Assembly (NCBI RefSeq): GCF_006345805.1
Contig: NC_043026.1
Location: 13,123,579 to 13,187,578 of the forward strand
Reading direction: 5' to 3'
Length of the DNA stretch: 64,000 nucleotides
DNA from: Octopus sinensis
Lineage: Eukaryota
Part shown: piece by piece, positions 36,259 through 49,067 of the stretch
Numbering within the stretch: the stretch's first letter is position 1
Layout of the letters: the number at the start of each line of letters is the position of its first letter
Made by a program: the position numbers and the translations under genes
Notes under the pieces: model-generated
The model's database searches: none
Seen by the model: the letters and a program-made list of their open reading frames with translations, nothing else
What the model was told of the DNA's origin: nothing

Positions 36259-37239
36259 GAAATATTAACTAATATTTGTGCAACGTCTGTGACCATTCCT
36301 GAGTTTAACAATGTCTGTTTCAACCCACATTTTCACATAAAAAAAAAACTTGCGAAACAAATACATAAACGCACATTTATAAAACATTTTCCAGGTAAAA
36401 TAAAAGGATTAAAACGAAGTCATTCTAGAGTTGGTACTTAGTGCAGCTTCAAATCACCAAAGAAGGGACCTCTGGAGTTGGCCCATCTTGAGACAAACAT
36501 TATTTTCTGCTAGGATGACAGGGGTATGTGAGATTTTTGCCAAAATAAGATATAGTGAAAAATTCATTTTTTCCTTTGCATTTTGAGATCGGCGTAGGAT
36601 CGTAAATATTACATAAACTGAATGATATAAACGTGTCATGAATTTCAAAGGAGACCGAGGAATAATTAAAAGCGGAGTAATTAAAATCGCGTTCGAATTA
36701 ACGGAAGATAACTTATTTTAAGCGGGTAATTTCTACTCTTTAACGATTGACATTTTCCGGTTTCGTTGTGTATTTTGTTTCGTTTTTCCGAGTCAGTTTT
36801 TACATTTCCTTTGCAAAAAAATTGATTGAATGCAGAGATTGCTTATGGAAGAGAAAGATTGGAAGAGATAAGAAACAGAAATTAGTAATTTATGGAGAAA
36901 TGTAAGTAAGTCTTTTACTCAGCAATGTGAAAGTAATAACTCGATAGATTCATTGTCTAATATAACTAGTTGTAAATATATAGGCTTCACTGTAGCAGAA
37001 AGATGAATGGATTACGATGTATATTTATTAGAGTGGGGGAGTATAATTGCTTAAATATTAAATAATTCCTCTGTATGAAAACTATTATGTTAATATCTTT
37101 AATGAATTTATCCGAGTGAAAACTGCCATCTGTACCCCTCAAAAAACCCTACTTCATTTATTTATTTACGGGTACGGAGATTACGAATCTGAAAAAAAAA
37201 ATTCGGCATTTTAAAATTTCAATTTTGCGTGAATTCGTG

Positions 37240-37612
37240 CTCTTTTACTCTTTCACTTGTTTCAGTCATTTGACTGCGGCCATGCTGGAGCACCGCCTTT
37301 TAGTCGAGGAAATCGACCCCCGGGACTTATTCTTTGTAAGCCTAGTACTTATTCTATCGGTCGCTTTTGCCGAACCGCTAAGTGACGGGGGACGTAAACA
37401 CACTAGCGATGTTGGGGGGACAAACACAGACACACATATATATACATACGACGGGATTCTTTCAGTTTCCGTCTACCAAATCCACTCACAAGGCTTTGGT
37501 CGGCCCGAAGCTATAGCAGAAGACACTTGCCCAAGATGCCACGCAGTGGGACTGAACCCGGAACCATGTGGTTGGTAAGCAAGCTACTTACCACACAGCC
37601 ACTCCTGCGCCT
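37240..37612 (-). mobile_element. SINE family A
   Basis: Full-length minus-strand copy ending CACTCCTGCGCCT. Confidence 0.85.
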
Positions 37613-38071
37613 ATTATGTGCATCTGTATGTGCTTCACATACAGATGTGTGTTAAGAGAGTGTGTTGGAAATTTGGCTGTTATTTCGGCACTCATACTTT
37701 TGTAACTTCGGAAATTTCCAACACTTTCAGTTGTAAAATAAAAAAATGAACACTTTATTTTAACTTTTGGTAAATTTTTACCACCCCACCGCCGCCCTTT
37801 TTACTAGGAAAAAAAAAGACACGATTTTCCGCATGGAATCAACTCCCCTGACCTACTACTTTCCCGCAAATCCCTCATTTTGATGGTTCGGAAAGGGGTA
37901 AGGGAAATGTCTGGAAAGGCAACCGCTCGTGTCGTCGTCCTCCCCCCCACCACCACCCGCCATTTTCTCCCAAATTTGTTTATTTTTGTAATTTTTTTTT
38001 TTTTTTTGCCAAAAATCCCCCTTTTCGGATACGGAGGTTCCGGAAAATTGCCAAAAATTGCCGTATATATG

Positions 38072-38104
<33 letters not shown>

Positions 38105-38623
38105 TTGTCCCCCCCCCCAATATCGCTTGACAACCGAAGCTGGTGTGCTTACGTCCCCGTAACTTAGCGGTTCGGCAAAAGCGAGCGATAGAATAAGTAC
38201 TGGGGGGGGGTCGATTTGCTCGACTAAAAGGCGGTGCTCCAGCATGGCCGCAGTCAAAAACGACTGAAACAAGTAAAAAGAGTTAAAAGAACAGCGAGTA
38301 GAGCCATCTATTGGGTAATTCAAGAAGTAAATTCCATAAAGGGAAACAACTTGCACAGAGTGTCGGTTCCAGCAGGTGCGACTTCGCTTCTTTATATTTC
38401 GCATACGGTAAGGTTTATTAAACGTTTAAATAATTGAATTGTGTGACCTTTCAGGGATGCAGTTATGATATAGAAGGGAAAACAGGTAACAACATTGGGG
38501 AAAAGATATTCCCTTCTCCAGACGTTTACCTGTAAGAGAATGGTAGTTCTACATTTTGTAATATTGATCTATTATTATTTTTTTTAATCTAAGGATAATT
38601 TTTGCGTGTTACGTAAAATAAAT

Positions 38624-39058
38624 GGTGATCTTTCGTCTCTAGTAGACCTTTCCGTCGATTTCCGTAAAAAAATTTTTTTTTTTTTTTTTACATATGGGCT
38701 TGCGGGAACTTTTGAAGTAATATACATACATATACACATACACCGAGTAAAAAATTTCAGTTATCTCTTTCTTTCACACATTACTCTCTCTGTCTCTTCA
38801 CACACACTAACAGAAGCACTTCACTTACACAACATACTGTCTGTCTCCCACACCCCATCAAACACACACACACACACACATGTACATCAATGCTTCCCCT
38901 GGACGGTAACTTCAAAAGAACTTCCCTCGTTATACAATCGCTTTCTCTTAGTCTCTTTCGCTCTCATTACTTCAAAAGTTCCCGCAAGCCCATATGTAAA
39001 AAGAAAAATTTTTTTTACGGAAATCGACGGAAAGGTCTACTGGAGACGAAAGATTGCC
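38624..39058. mobile_element. MITE with TIRs of about 95 bp (GGCRATCTTTCG family, hAT-like)
   Basis: Long TIRs. Perfect 8-bp TSD AAATAAAT (38,616-23 and 39,059-66). Confidence 0.85.
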
Positions 39059-39245
39059 AAATAAATTGCCTACACTTCGGTTACAATTAGAACGAAGCAG
39101 TTTCCTTAATTTTTACATTGTAAAAATCAGTATAATTATGTAACAGAACTTCCTTTTGGTTTGCATCTCTCCCGCCACCACCTTAATTCGTTTTTCTCCA
39201 TATGTGTGTCTGAGAATGCATACATACCGTAAATCCTCGAGTATA

Positions 39246-39661
39246 TATTTCTTTATTGCCCACAAGGGGCTAAACACAGAGGGGACAAACAAGGACAGAC
39301 AAAGGGATTAAGTCGATTACATCAACCCCAGTGCGAAACTGGTACTTTTATTTATCGACCCCGAAAGGATGAAAGGCAAAGTCGACCTCGGCGGAATTTG
39401 AACTCAGAACGTAACGACAGACGAAATACCTATTTCTTTATTACCCACAAGGGGCTAAACACAGAGGGAACAAACAAGGACAGATATAGGTATTAAGTCG
39501 ATTACATCGACCCCAGTGCGAAACTGGTACTTTTATTTATCGACCCCGAAAGGATGAAAGGCAAAGTCGACCTCGGTGGAATTTGAACTCAGAACGTAAC
39601 GACAGACGAAATACCGCTAAGCATTCCGCCCGGCGCGCTAACGTGTCTGCCAGCTCGCCGC
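39246..39661 (-). mobile_element. SINE family B tandem dimer
   Basis: Minus-strand head GGCGAGCTGGCAG..GAGTTCAAATTCC, central GCCTTTCATCCTTTCGGGGTCGATAAA. Two units joined at GAAATA|GGTATTTC. Confidence 0.85.
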
Positions 39662-39806
39662 CTTTAAATCCTCGAGTATAGTCCGGTACTACTAGCGAAC
39701 AGTGGGCCGGTGCGCGCAGTCGCGCATCCGCGCTAGCTAGTCACGACTAGTCGATCCTTACTTTGTGTTTTTGTGTGTTATTTACTTTGTTTTAAAAAAT
39801 TATTTA

Positions 39807-40371
39807 GGATCTTTTCGGTTTGAACGGCAGTTTTTTCTAGCGGTGTCATATGAAATTGTCACCCATAATTATGACCCTAGTATCGATCTATTGCATTTCA
39901 ATCTGTTTTAGGGTTAGGGTTACAGGTGGGGGAAGGGTATCTTTTTTTTCTTCACAAATGTAAATAAACTCAATCTGTTTCTTAAACGAGGGACATATTC
40001 ATACGGCACAGAATGTTTTTTTTATCTCAATACACGTCAGTGATTGGTTGAAATTGCAGAAATTGAAGAGAAAAAAACAACAAATATCTTACAAACTATA
40101 GAATTTTCTGAATAAAGCCAAAAGAAAAAGATGTTTTATAAACACATTCTACCAGTATATGAAGTTTAAAAGTGTTTAGTTACCTAGAAATTATGTTAAA
40201 AACTGCCGTTCAAACCGAAAAGATCCATATCTTACAAACTATAGAATTTTCTCAATAAAGCCAAGAGAAAAAGATGTTTTATAAACACATTCTACCAGTA
40301 TACGAAGTTTAAAAGTGTTTAGTTACGTGGAAATTCTTTTAAAAAAACTGCCGTTCAAACCGAAATGATCC
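39807..40371 (+). mobile_element. GGATCTTTTC-family MITE with tandemly duplicated right end
   Basis: TIRs at 39,807 and 40,226. The terminal segment of about 145 bp is repeated to 40,371. Confidence 0.8.
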
Positions 40372-40672
40372 AGTACTTATTCTATCGGTCTCTTTTGCCG
40401 AACCGCTAAGTTACGGGGATGTAAATACACCAGCATCGGTTGTCAAGCGATGTTGGCGGGACAAACACAGACACACAAACATATACACACATATCTATAT
40501 ATATATATATATATACGACGGGATTCTTTCAGTTTCCGTCTACCAAATCCACTCACAAGGCTTTGGTCGGCCAGAGGCTATGTTAGAAGACACTTGCCCG
40601 AGATGCCATGATGTGGGACTGAACCATGTGATTGGTAAGCAAGCTACTTACCACACAGTCACTCCTGCGCCT
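40372..40672 (-). mobile_element. SINE family A (partial)
   Basis: Sequence match to other family A copies. Confidence 0.8.
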
Positions 40673-40911
40673 AATTACCACACAGCCACTCCTATGCCTG
40701 CCTAATTTATTATTAAATACAATAATATAAATTATTTACATGCTTCTAAGTTATGAAACAATTTGTCATGATAGAACTTTGTTATTGTTAAACAAAACCT
40801 CATCAAACCATCTCTGCCAAATGGATAATTAGATATCAAAACTTAGTGTAAATTACTTCAATAGATGAACAGTATTTTCATATAGATGATTGTGCACATG
40901 CGTATACACAC

Positions 40912-41533
40912 GTGGCACGTAAAAAGCACCCACTACACTCACGGAGTGGTTGGCGTTAGGAAGGGCATCCAGTCGTAGAAACACTGCCAGATCTGACTGG
41001 GCCTGATGAAGCCTTCCGGCTTCACAGACCCCAGTTGAACCGTCCAACCCATGCTAGCATGGAAAACGGACGCTAAATGATGATGATATATATCGAAATT
41101 GAACCAATCCTATGACTGGCACCCGGCAGTTGCCAGGACCCCTGGACTGGTGGTACGTAAGAAGCGCTATCCGAATCGTGGCCGATGCCAGTGCCGCCTC
41201 GACTGGCTTCCGTGCCGGTGGCATGTAAAAAGCACCATCCGAATCGTGACTGATGTCAGTGCCGCCTCGACTGGCTTCCGTGTCGGTGGCACGTAAAATG
41301 CACCAATCCGACCGTGGCCGTTGCCAGCCTCGCCTGGCACCTATGCAGGTGACACATAAAAAGCACCCACTACACTCACAGAGTGGTTGACGTTAGGAAG
41401 GGCATCCAGCTGTAGAAACACTGCCAGATAAGACTGGAGCCCGGTGCAGCCTTCTGGCTTCCCAGATCCCCGGTCGAACCATCCAACCCATGCTAGCATG
41501 GAGAACGGATGTTAAACGATGATGATGATGATG

Positions 41534-41535
<2 letters not shown>
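40912..41535 (+). mobile_element. (GAT)n-tailed retroposon copies (family D)
   Basis: GTTAGGAAGGGCATCCAG...CCATGCTAGCATGGA...TAAA(C/T)GATGATGATG, two copies. Related copies at 48.3-48.7 kb. Confidence 0.75.
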
Positions 41536-41564
<29 letters not shown>

Positions 41565-41565
41565 A

Positions 41566-41603
<38 letters not shown>

Positions 41604-41714
41604 AAATATAAAAATAATGAGGGAGATAAATTTAATATTAATTTAATTAATATCAATTTAAAACCAGTAGCCTAGCATACAAAAATCTGAAAAATCAGAG
41701 AAAATTCTAATTCA

Positions 41715-41982
41715 TGTGTATATTCAAAGGGCAAGACCACTAGGTAGTCGGCCGTATGCTAGAAATAGATCACCTACGATCAAACTACAAAGAAAAGAAT
41801 GTTCTCTAGAGGAAAATTTAGTGGACACCAGACGAATTAGGCGGGCAAGACAGATGAAAATTATATTAAAAAATCAGAATTACTCACAGACCGGCGAGAA
41901 CATTCTTTTCTTTGTAGTTTGATCGTTGATGATCTATTTCTAGCATACGGCCGACTACCTAGTGGTCTTGCCCTTTGAATAT

Positions 41983-41988
<6 letters not shown>
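41715..41988. mobile_element. Fold-back/MITE-like element with inverted repeats of about 92 bp
   Basis: 41,715-41,806 is the near-perfect reverse complement of 41,896-41,988. Confidence 0.8.
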
Positions 41989-42015
<27 letters not shown>

Positions 42016-42132
42016 ATCTAATTAATCTTGAGTGTGCAAATAGATGTTCAATTCCTACAATTGAGTTTAGAGCCCCAAGTACATCATTATCATCATCATC
42101 CAATCTACTTCTAGTATAATGATTAAGCAACT

Positions 42133-42322
42133 TTTTCAATTCAATTAAATTTTTATTGGCTCAAAAAGCAAAAGCAAGGCTATGTAGGGGGGCAGGGAGT
42201 TATGTACCGGGAGGGTAGTCATACAAAGAGTTCAGGCCATTTCTGGTCAAGAGAGACTTTCAACCGAGCGGTCGTCGGCATCTTCACTATCTCGTCCGGC
42301 AGCTTATTCCACGGATCCGCAA
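42133..42322 (-). mobile_element. CR1 LINE 3' fragment
   Basis: Same 3' end as the other CR1 copies. Confidence 0.75.
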
Positions 42323-43046
42323 ACTACTATACATAGCAGTATTACTAGTGAGGTATACAGCACAAATGTAGTAGAAATTACTTGTGTTTTTACAGTTTTT
42401 CATATATGTGTGTGTGTGTATGAATGACGTAGGCTTTGCACTGTGTTGTCTGATGTAATTTTAGTAACAAATTGAAAAGTAAAGTTCAGTTGTTCAGGTA
42501 AATGTTTACTTCTAGAATTTATCTCTGTAGACATGTAGTAACAGTTCCACTGTTGCATGTCTGCTATTAAAATATCCTCTTGTATCTTATGCTGTTGTTT
42601 CTCTCTTATTTCAGAATATCAGACAACTGTGACATCAAAGAATTGCTTTCATCAGATTCATCATCAACATCTGTTATCTTTTAAAGACCAAAGAAAAACG
42701 TTACATCCGACAAATATATAAACTCTGTGGTAAACTACTGTGAAATATTTCTTGCGAATGGAGATTAATGGCGACATTTCTCTACTGTACAGTCTGTAAT
42801 ATGTACAAGATGAATTTGCCTTCTAGTAATTAAATTTGGATGAAGTTTCAAATATATGTTTGTGGCAGCATCAGGTGTTGATGAAAATCAGAATTGATGG
42901 AAAAACAGCTGTAAAAAATTTCAAAGAAACGAACGATAAAAAGTGAAACGAGAAAATAAACGTATATTGTTCTGAGAGGCGAAAACTATTCAAACAACAG
43001 ATACTGTTACAGACTTAAAGGATTGATTTATTATTTTGTTGAAGAG

Positions 43047-44159
43047 ATGCAGAAAGTGACCGAAAAATCCTACCATTGTGATATCTGTCAAAAATCATTT
43101 TGCCTAAAAGGTAACCTCATTAAACACAAATGTGTTAGTAGAGGTGAGAAACCATATCGTTGTGATATTTGTGGTAAGTCTTTCCCTATAAATAGTCACT
43201 TGGCTATACATAAACGCATTCATACAGGGGAGAGGCCATATCACTGTGATGTCTGTGGTAAATCTTTCTCTCTAAGTGGTAATTTAACTGTCCACAAACG
43301 TATTCACACAGGAGAGAAACCACATCCCTGTGATATTTGTGGTAAATCATTTTCTGATTCGAGTCACTTAAATACACACAAACTCATCCATACAGGAGAG
43401 AAGCCATATCATTGTGATGTCTGTGATAAATCCTTCTCGAAAAATGGGGATTTGACTAAACACATACGTATTCATACAGGAGAGAAACCATATCACTGTG
43501 ATATCTGTGATAAATCATTCTCCCAAAGTAGTGATTTAACCAGACACAAGCGTATTCATTCAGGAGACAGACCGTATCACTGCGATATCTGTGGTAAATC
43601 ATTCTCTGTAAGTTGTCATTTAACTATCCATAAACGTGTTCATACAGGAGAGAAGCCATATGACTGTGGTATCTGCGGTAAATCCTTCTCTGAAGCTAGC
43701 CACATAGCTAAACACAAACGTATTCATTCAGAGGATAAACCATATCAGTGTGATATCTGTAATAAAGCATTTTCTGAAACTAGTGATTTAACTAAACACA
43801 AACGTATTCACACAGGAGAAAAACCATACAACTGCGATGTTTGTGGTAAATCATTCTCTCAGATAAATACTTTACAGACTCACAAACATATTCATTCGGG
43901 AGAAAAACCATATCACTGCGATACCTGTGGTAAATCATTCTCTCAAAAAAATACCTTGTGCTCTCACAAACGTACTCACACGGGAGAAAAACCATACAAC
44001 TGCGATATCTGTAGTAAATCATTCTCTCATATCAATACCTTATGTACTCACAAACATATTCATTCAGGAGAAAAACCTTACAACTGTGATATTTGCAGTA
44101 GATCATTCTCTTATAAAAGCCAGTTAGCTTCTCATGTAGCTGTTCATTTAGGACTATAA
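43047..44159 (+). CDS. C2H2 zinc-finger protein 1, 13 tandem fingers (first lacks terminal His), 370 aa
   Basis: Repeated YxCxxCGKSF...HxxxH with TGEKP-type linkers. First in-frame ATG at 43,047. Candidate splice acceptor TTATTTCAG ends at 42,614. No recognisable KRAB, ZAD or BTB domain. Confidence 0.9.
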   Translation: MQKVTEKSYHCDICQKSFCLKGNLIKHKCVSRGEKPYRCDICGKSFPINSHLAIHKRIHTGERPYHCDVCGKSFSLSGNLTVHKRIHTGEKPHPCDICGKSFSDSSHLNTHKLIHTGEKPYHCDVCDKSFSKNGDLTKHIRIHTGEKPYHCDICDKSFSQSSDLTRHKRIHSGDRPYHCDICGKSFSVSCHLTIHKRVHTGEKPYDCGICGKSFSEASHIAKHKRIHSEDKPYQCDICNKAFSETSDLTKHKRIHTGEKPYNCDVCGKSFSQINTLQTHKHIHSGEKPYHCDTCGKSFSQKNTLCSHKRTHTGEKPYNCDICSKSFSHINTLCTHKHIHSGEKPYNCDICSRSFSYKSQLASHVAVHLGL

Positions 44160-44186
44160 CTGTCAATGTCCAAATTCAATACTTAA

Positions 44187-44610
44187 CCCTTTCATTATCA
44201 ACCTGGCTGAAACCATTTCTGTCTCTGTAGTACAAATGTCTTGTTTTCATAAGTTTTGAATTAAAATCTTCCACCAAACCTTAGTCACAATTTGTGTTCC
44301 TAACTCTAGCTTAATTGATAACTAAGTTATTTTACTAAATTCTTTGTTACCCCTCTCTCTTTTTCGGAGAGGCACAAGCACCTACACGCACATATACACA
44401 CACGGCAGTAACTCCGCCTGCCGAATTCAATCATAAAGCTTCGGTCAGCTCGGGGCCATAGCAGAAGACACCTACCCAAAGTGCCACGCAGTGGGACTGA
44501 ACCCGAAACCATATAGCTAGAAAGCAAGCTCCCTAACCACACAGCCATGCCATTTAAAATTAACTGAAAGAAACACAGAGCATCTTAAAATAAATACAGT
44601 AACGAAAGGG
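44187..44610. mobile_element. piggyBac-type MITE with nested SINE A fragment
   Basis: TTAA|CCCTTTC...GAAAGGG|TTAA. SINE piece at about 44,395-44,550. Confidence 0.85.
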
Positions 44611-44762
44611 TTAAGAAGAAAAATAATCAGCAGAAGACATGAGAGAAGGAGACCTCAATGTGGTCACTCTATATGCTAGAAATAATAGCCTAAATTTCTT
44701 TCAATCCACACCCTTTCAACTGCTTCTAATGTCCATCTGCTCAAATGTAGAAGTGTTTTTAA

Positions 44763-44981
44763 CCCTTTCGATACCAACCCGGCTGAAACCGGTTCTGGCT
44801 CTGTAGTACAAGTATCTTGTTTTCATAAGTTTTGAATTAAAATCTTCCACCAAACCTTAGTCACAATTTGTGTTCCTAACACTAGCTTAATGATAACAAA
44901 GTTATTTTACTAAATTCTTTGTTATATTTAAAGTAACTGAAAGAAACACAGCATCTCAAAATAAATACAGTAACAAAAGGG
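44763..44981. mobile_element. piggyBac-type MITE
   Basis: TTAA TSD, CCCTTT...AAAGGG termini. Confidence 0.85.
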
Positions 44982-45148
44982 TTAAGCCAATATTACAAAG
45001 CCATCTTTAAATGGTGTTATCCAAATTGCACGACCTGCCCACTTTAACTTTTCCTGAATTGCATATATTTACCTTTTTTAATACTCTATCTTCATTCAAA
45101 TATTCTTCTTAAACATTACTTTATTTAAAACAAATTTCAACTCCTTAA

Positions 45149-45369
45149 ACCTTTCAATACCAAACTGGCTGAAACCACCTCTGGCTCTGCAGTACAAATG
45201 TCTTGTTTTCAAAAGTTTTGAATTAAAATCTTCCACCAAACCTTAGTCACAATTTATGTTCCTAACACTAGCTGAATGATAACCAAGTTATTTTACTAAA
45301 TTCTTTGTTATATTTAAAGTAACTGAAAGAAACACAGAATATCTCAAAATAAATACAGTAACGAAAGGG
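45149..45369. mobile_element. piggyBac-type MITE
   Basis: TTAA TSD, ACCTTTC...GAAAGGG termini. Confidence 0.8.
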
Positions 45370-45549
45370 TTAACACAGCAACAAACTTTCTAAGACTATT
45401 CCCCACGACACACACACACACACACACACACACTAAAACGATTTTTACCTTGACACTTCAGTAATCTCATTTTGATTCCCTTTTTGAAATATTTTAAAGC
45501 TGGATACCTTCCTTGATGCCAGTCTTTTAAGCACCATTTACACTACATA

Positions 45550-45972
45550 AGATATACCTATTTCTTTACTACCCATGAGGGGCTAAACACAGAGGGGACA
45601 AACGAGGGCAACCAAATGGATTAAATCGATTATATCGACCCCAGAGCATAACTGGTACTTAATTTATCGACCCCGAAAGGATGAAAGGCAAAGTCGACCT
45701 GAGCAGAATTTGAACTCTGAACATAGTGGCAGATGAAATACCTATTTCTTTATTACCCACAAGGGGCTAAACACAGAGGGGACAAACAGGGCTAGACATA
45801 GGTATTAAGTCGATTACATCGACTCCAGTGCGTAACTGCTACTTAATTTATCGACCCCAAAAGGATGAAAGGCAAAGTTGACCTCGGCGGAATTTGAACT
45901 CAGAACATAACGGCAGATGAAATACGGCTACGCATTTCGCCCGTTGTGCTAACGTTTCTGCGAGCTCGCCGC
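45550..45972 (-). mobile_element. SINE family B tandem dimer
   Basis: Same unit and same junction as 39,246-39,661. Confidence 0.85.
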
Positions 45973-46439
45973 TCTACATAAGATATACCATCTTGTAAAG
46001 CCATGATACAATTTGTCAAAGTTCTTTCTATGGAAATTTTATCTTATACAATCATCAATGTATTCCACAAAGAAAGAAAACAAAGGGATTAAAACGAAGT
46101 CATTCTAGAGTTGGTACTTAGTGCAGCTTCAAATCACCAAAGAAGGGGCCTCTGGAGTTGGCCCATCTTGAGACGAACATTATTTTCTGCTAGGATTACA
46201 GGGGTGAAGTGAAAACAGTATAGGACCATGAGTCAGAAAATAATGTAATTTTTATGTGCATTACTTTTTGATCCGCCTTTGTATATATGCTGTTGAGTCA
46301 AAAACTAATGCAAATTAAAGTACTGTATCTGCATTGGTGTAATAACTTATCTCTGTAATACTTCTAATTATGCTTGTATGTATTCCATCATACCTACTTC
46401 TCTCTTTCTCCACACTCCTGCAATCTACCCAACATCATG

Positions 46440-47757
46440 ACCTCTTTCTCGTCCTTCTCCTGTCTACTATATCGTCATTCCTGTTCCGCTGCGTCTCACT
46501 GTCAGTTTTCTTCTCTTCCTCTTAAATCTCACACCATTAGTAGCCACCAACCTCTCCTCCCCCATTCCCCATTTCTCGTCCTTCTCCTGTCTACTATATC
46601 ATCATTCCTGTTCCGCTGTGTCTCACTGTCAGTTTTCTTCTCTTACTTCCTCTTAAATCTCACACCATTAGTAGCCACCAACCTCTCCTCACCCATTCCC
46701 CATTTCTCGTCCTTCTCCTGTCTACTATATCATCATTCCTGTTCCGCTGCGTCTCACTGTCAGTTTTCTTCTCTTACTTCCTCTTAAATCTCACACCATT
46801 AGTAGCCACCAACCTCTCCTCCCCCATTCCCCATTTCTCGTCCTTCTCCTGTCTACCATATCATCATTCCTGTTCTGCTGCGTCTCACTGTCAGTTTTCT
46901 TCTCTTACTTCCTCTTCAATCTCACACCATTAGTAGCCACCAACCTCTCCTCCCCCATTCCCCATTTCTCGTCCTTCTCCTGTCTACTATATCATCATTC
47001 CTGTTCCACTGCGTCTCACTGTCAGTTTTCTTCTCTTACTTCCTCTTAAATCTCACACCATTAGTAGCCACCAACCTCTCCTCCCCCATTCCCCATTTCT
47101 CGTCCTTCTCCTGTCTACCATATCATCATTCCTGTTCTGCTGCGTCTCACTGTCAGTTTTCTTCTCTTACTTCCTCTTCAATCTCACACCATTAGTAGCC
47201 ACCAACCTCTCCTCCCCCATTCCCCATTTCTCGTCCTTCTCCTGTCTACTATATCATCATTCCTGTTCCACTGCGTCTCACTGTCAGTTTTTTCTCTTAC
47301 TTCCTCTTAAATCTCACACCATTAGTAGCCACCAACCTCTCCTCACCCATTCCCCATTTCTCGTCCTTCTCCTGTCTACTATATCATCATTCCTGTTCCG
47401 CTGCGTCTCACTGTCAGTTTTCTTCTCTTACTTCTCTTAAATCTCACACCATTAGTAGCCACCAACCTCTCCTCCCCCATTCCCCATTTCTCGTCCTTCT
47501 CCTGTCTACCATATCATCATTCCTGTTCTGCTGCGTCTCACTGTCAGTTTTCTTCTCTTACTTCCTCTTCAATCTCACACCATTAGTAGCCACCAACCTC
47601 TCCTCCCCCATTCCCCATTTCTCGTCCTTCTCCTGTCTACTATATCATCATTCCTGTTCCACTGCGTCTCACTGTCAGTTTTCTTCTCTTACTTCCTCTT
47701 AAATCTCACACCATTAGTAGCCACCAACCTCTCCTCCCCCATTCCCCATTTCTCGTA
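46440..47757. repeat. 131-bp pyrimidine-rich tandem repeat, about 10 copies
   Basis: GCCACCAAC recurs at 46,543, 46,674, 46,805, 46,936, 47,067, 47,198, 47,328, 47,458, 47,589 and 47,720. Confidence 0.95.
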
Positions 47758-48319
47758 CTCTCTGAAATGTCTTACTTCAGTAAGACAGGATCAGATTTCA
47801 TTGGAAGAGTGTTTAATCCATTAGACTGTTATCCAGATCGATTAAAGAGACACCAGAATGAATGCAGCATATCAACTCTCAGGAATCATTATGTACCACA
47901 TGGAACATTACAGCAAGAAAGCACCCCCCCTCCTCACATTCCACAAGACCACCAGACCTTGGAAAAAAAAAAAACTTTGGTGGTCTTGTTGTAGTCGAGG
48001 GCTCTTCGTTGACGCCCAACACCACTGGGAGGTGGCCCTCGAAGTCGCTGGAAATGGAGATCTCCAGGTCCAAATTCTTGAACGGCTTATCCATGCTGGC
48101 ATGGGTTGGATGGTTTGACCAGGGCCGATAAGCTGAGGGGCTGCACCAGGTTCCAATCTGATTTGGCATGGTTTCTACGACTGGATGCCCTTCCTAATGT
48201 TTTCCTCAGTGGTGGCAGTTGCAGAATGTCCAGAACTTGGGGTCATCGTCAAAACTCTTCCTACCCCTTCTAAATTCAGTTGCCTCAGTGACAGTGGCAC
48301 GGAAGAGAACCATCCAAAC

Positions 48320-48710
48320 GTGGCCGTAGCCAGGCCTCCGTGCCAGTGGCACGTAAAAGCACCATCTGATCGTGGTCGTTTGCCAGCCTTGTCTGGCACG
48401 TAAAAAGCACCCACTACACTCTCAGAGTGGTTGGCGTTAGGAAGGGCATCCAGCCGTAGAAACATTGCCAGATCAGACTGGGCCTGGTGCAGCCTTCTGG
48501 CTTGCCAGACCCCAGTTGAACCGTCCAACCCATGCTAGCATGGAAAGCGGACGTTAAACGATGAAGGTGTTAGGAAGGGCATCCAGCTGTAGAAACATTG
48601 CCAGATCAGACTGGGCCTGGTGCAGCCTTCTGGCTTGCCAGACCCCAGTTGAACCGTCCAACCCATGCCAGCATGGAAAGCGGACGTTAAACGATGATGA
48701 TGATGATGAC
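48320..48710 (+). mobile_element. (GAT)n-tailed retroposon, tandem pair
   Basis: Two consecutive copies; the second is 5'-truncated at GTTAGGAAGGG. Confidence 0.75.
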
Positions 48711-49067
48711 AGCTGCAATGCAATCTCCTAATGTAGCAACCTTGTCGGCATGAATGTCTTTGTAGCGTAAACCATTTTTCTGCAGGTACTTGGTAACACC
48801 ATCATCATCGTTTAACGTCTGCTTTCCATGCTAGGTAACATCTGCAAGACGAGCACTGGAAGGCTACCGCACCAACCCTTGTGAAAGCAGTGACCCACAT
48901 ACGGGAGAATCCAGTGCAGCATACCAAAGAGGACATCAAGCGAAACAAACTGAGGAAGATATGAATTCACAGCACCTTGACCTCAAGCATGCTAAAGTCA
49001 GCACCGTGGATTTGAAAGCATGAAATAACATGAGCACCAGAGCCTGCCATCCAGCAGCATCCACAGA

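Noticed and set aside
43792-44022. Antisense ORFs over ZNF genes (also 57,645-57,920 and 62,641-62,955)
   Set aside because: Shadows of the periodic zinc-finger coding sequence.
46440-47757. 131-bp repeat as CRISPR or coding repeat
   Set aside because: No variable spacers, and the unit length is not a multiple of 3.
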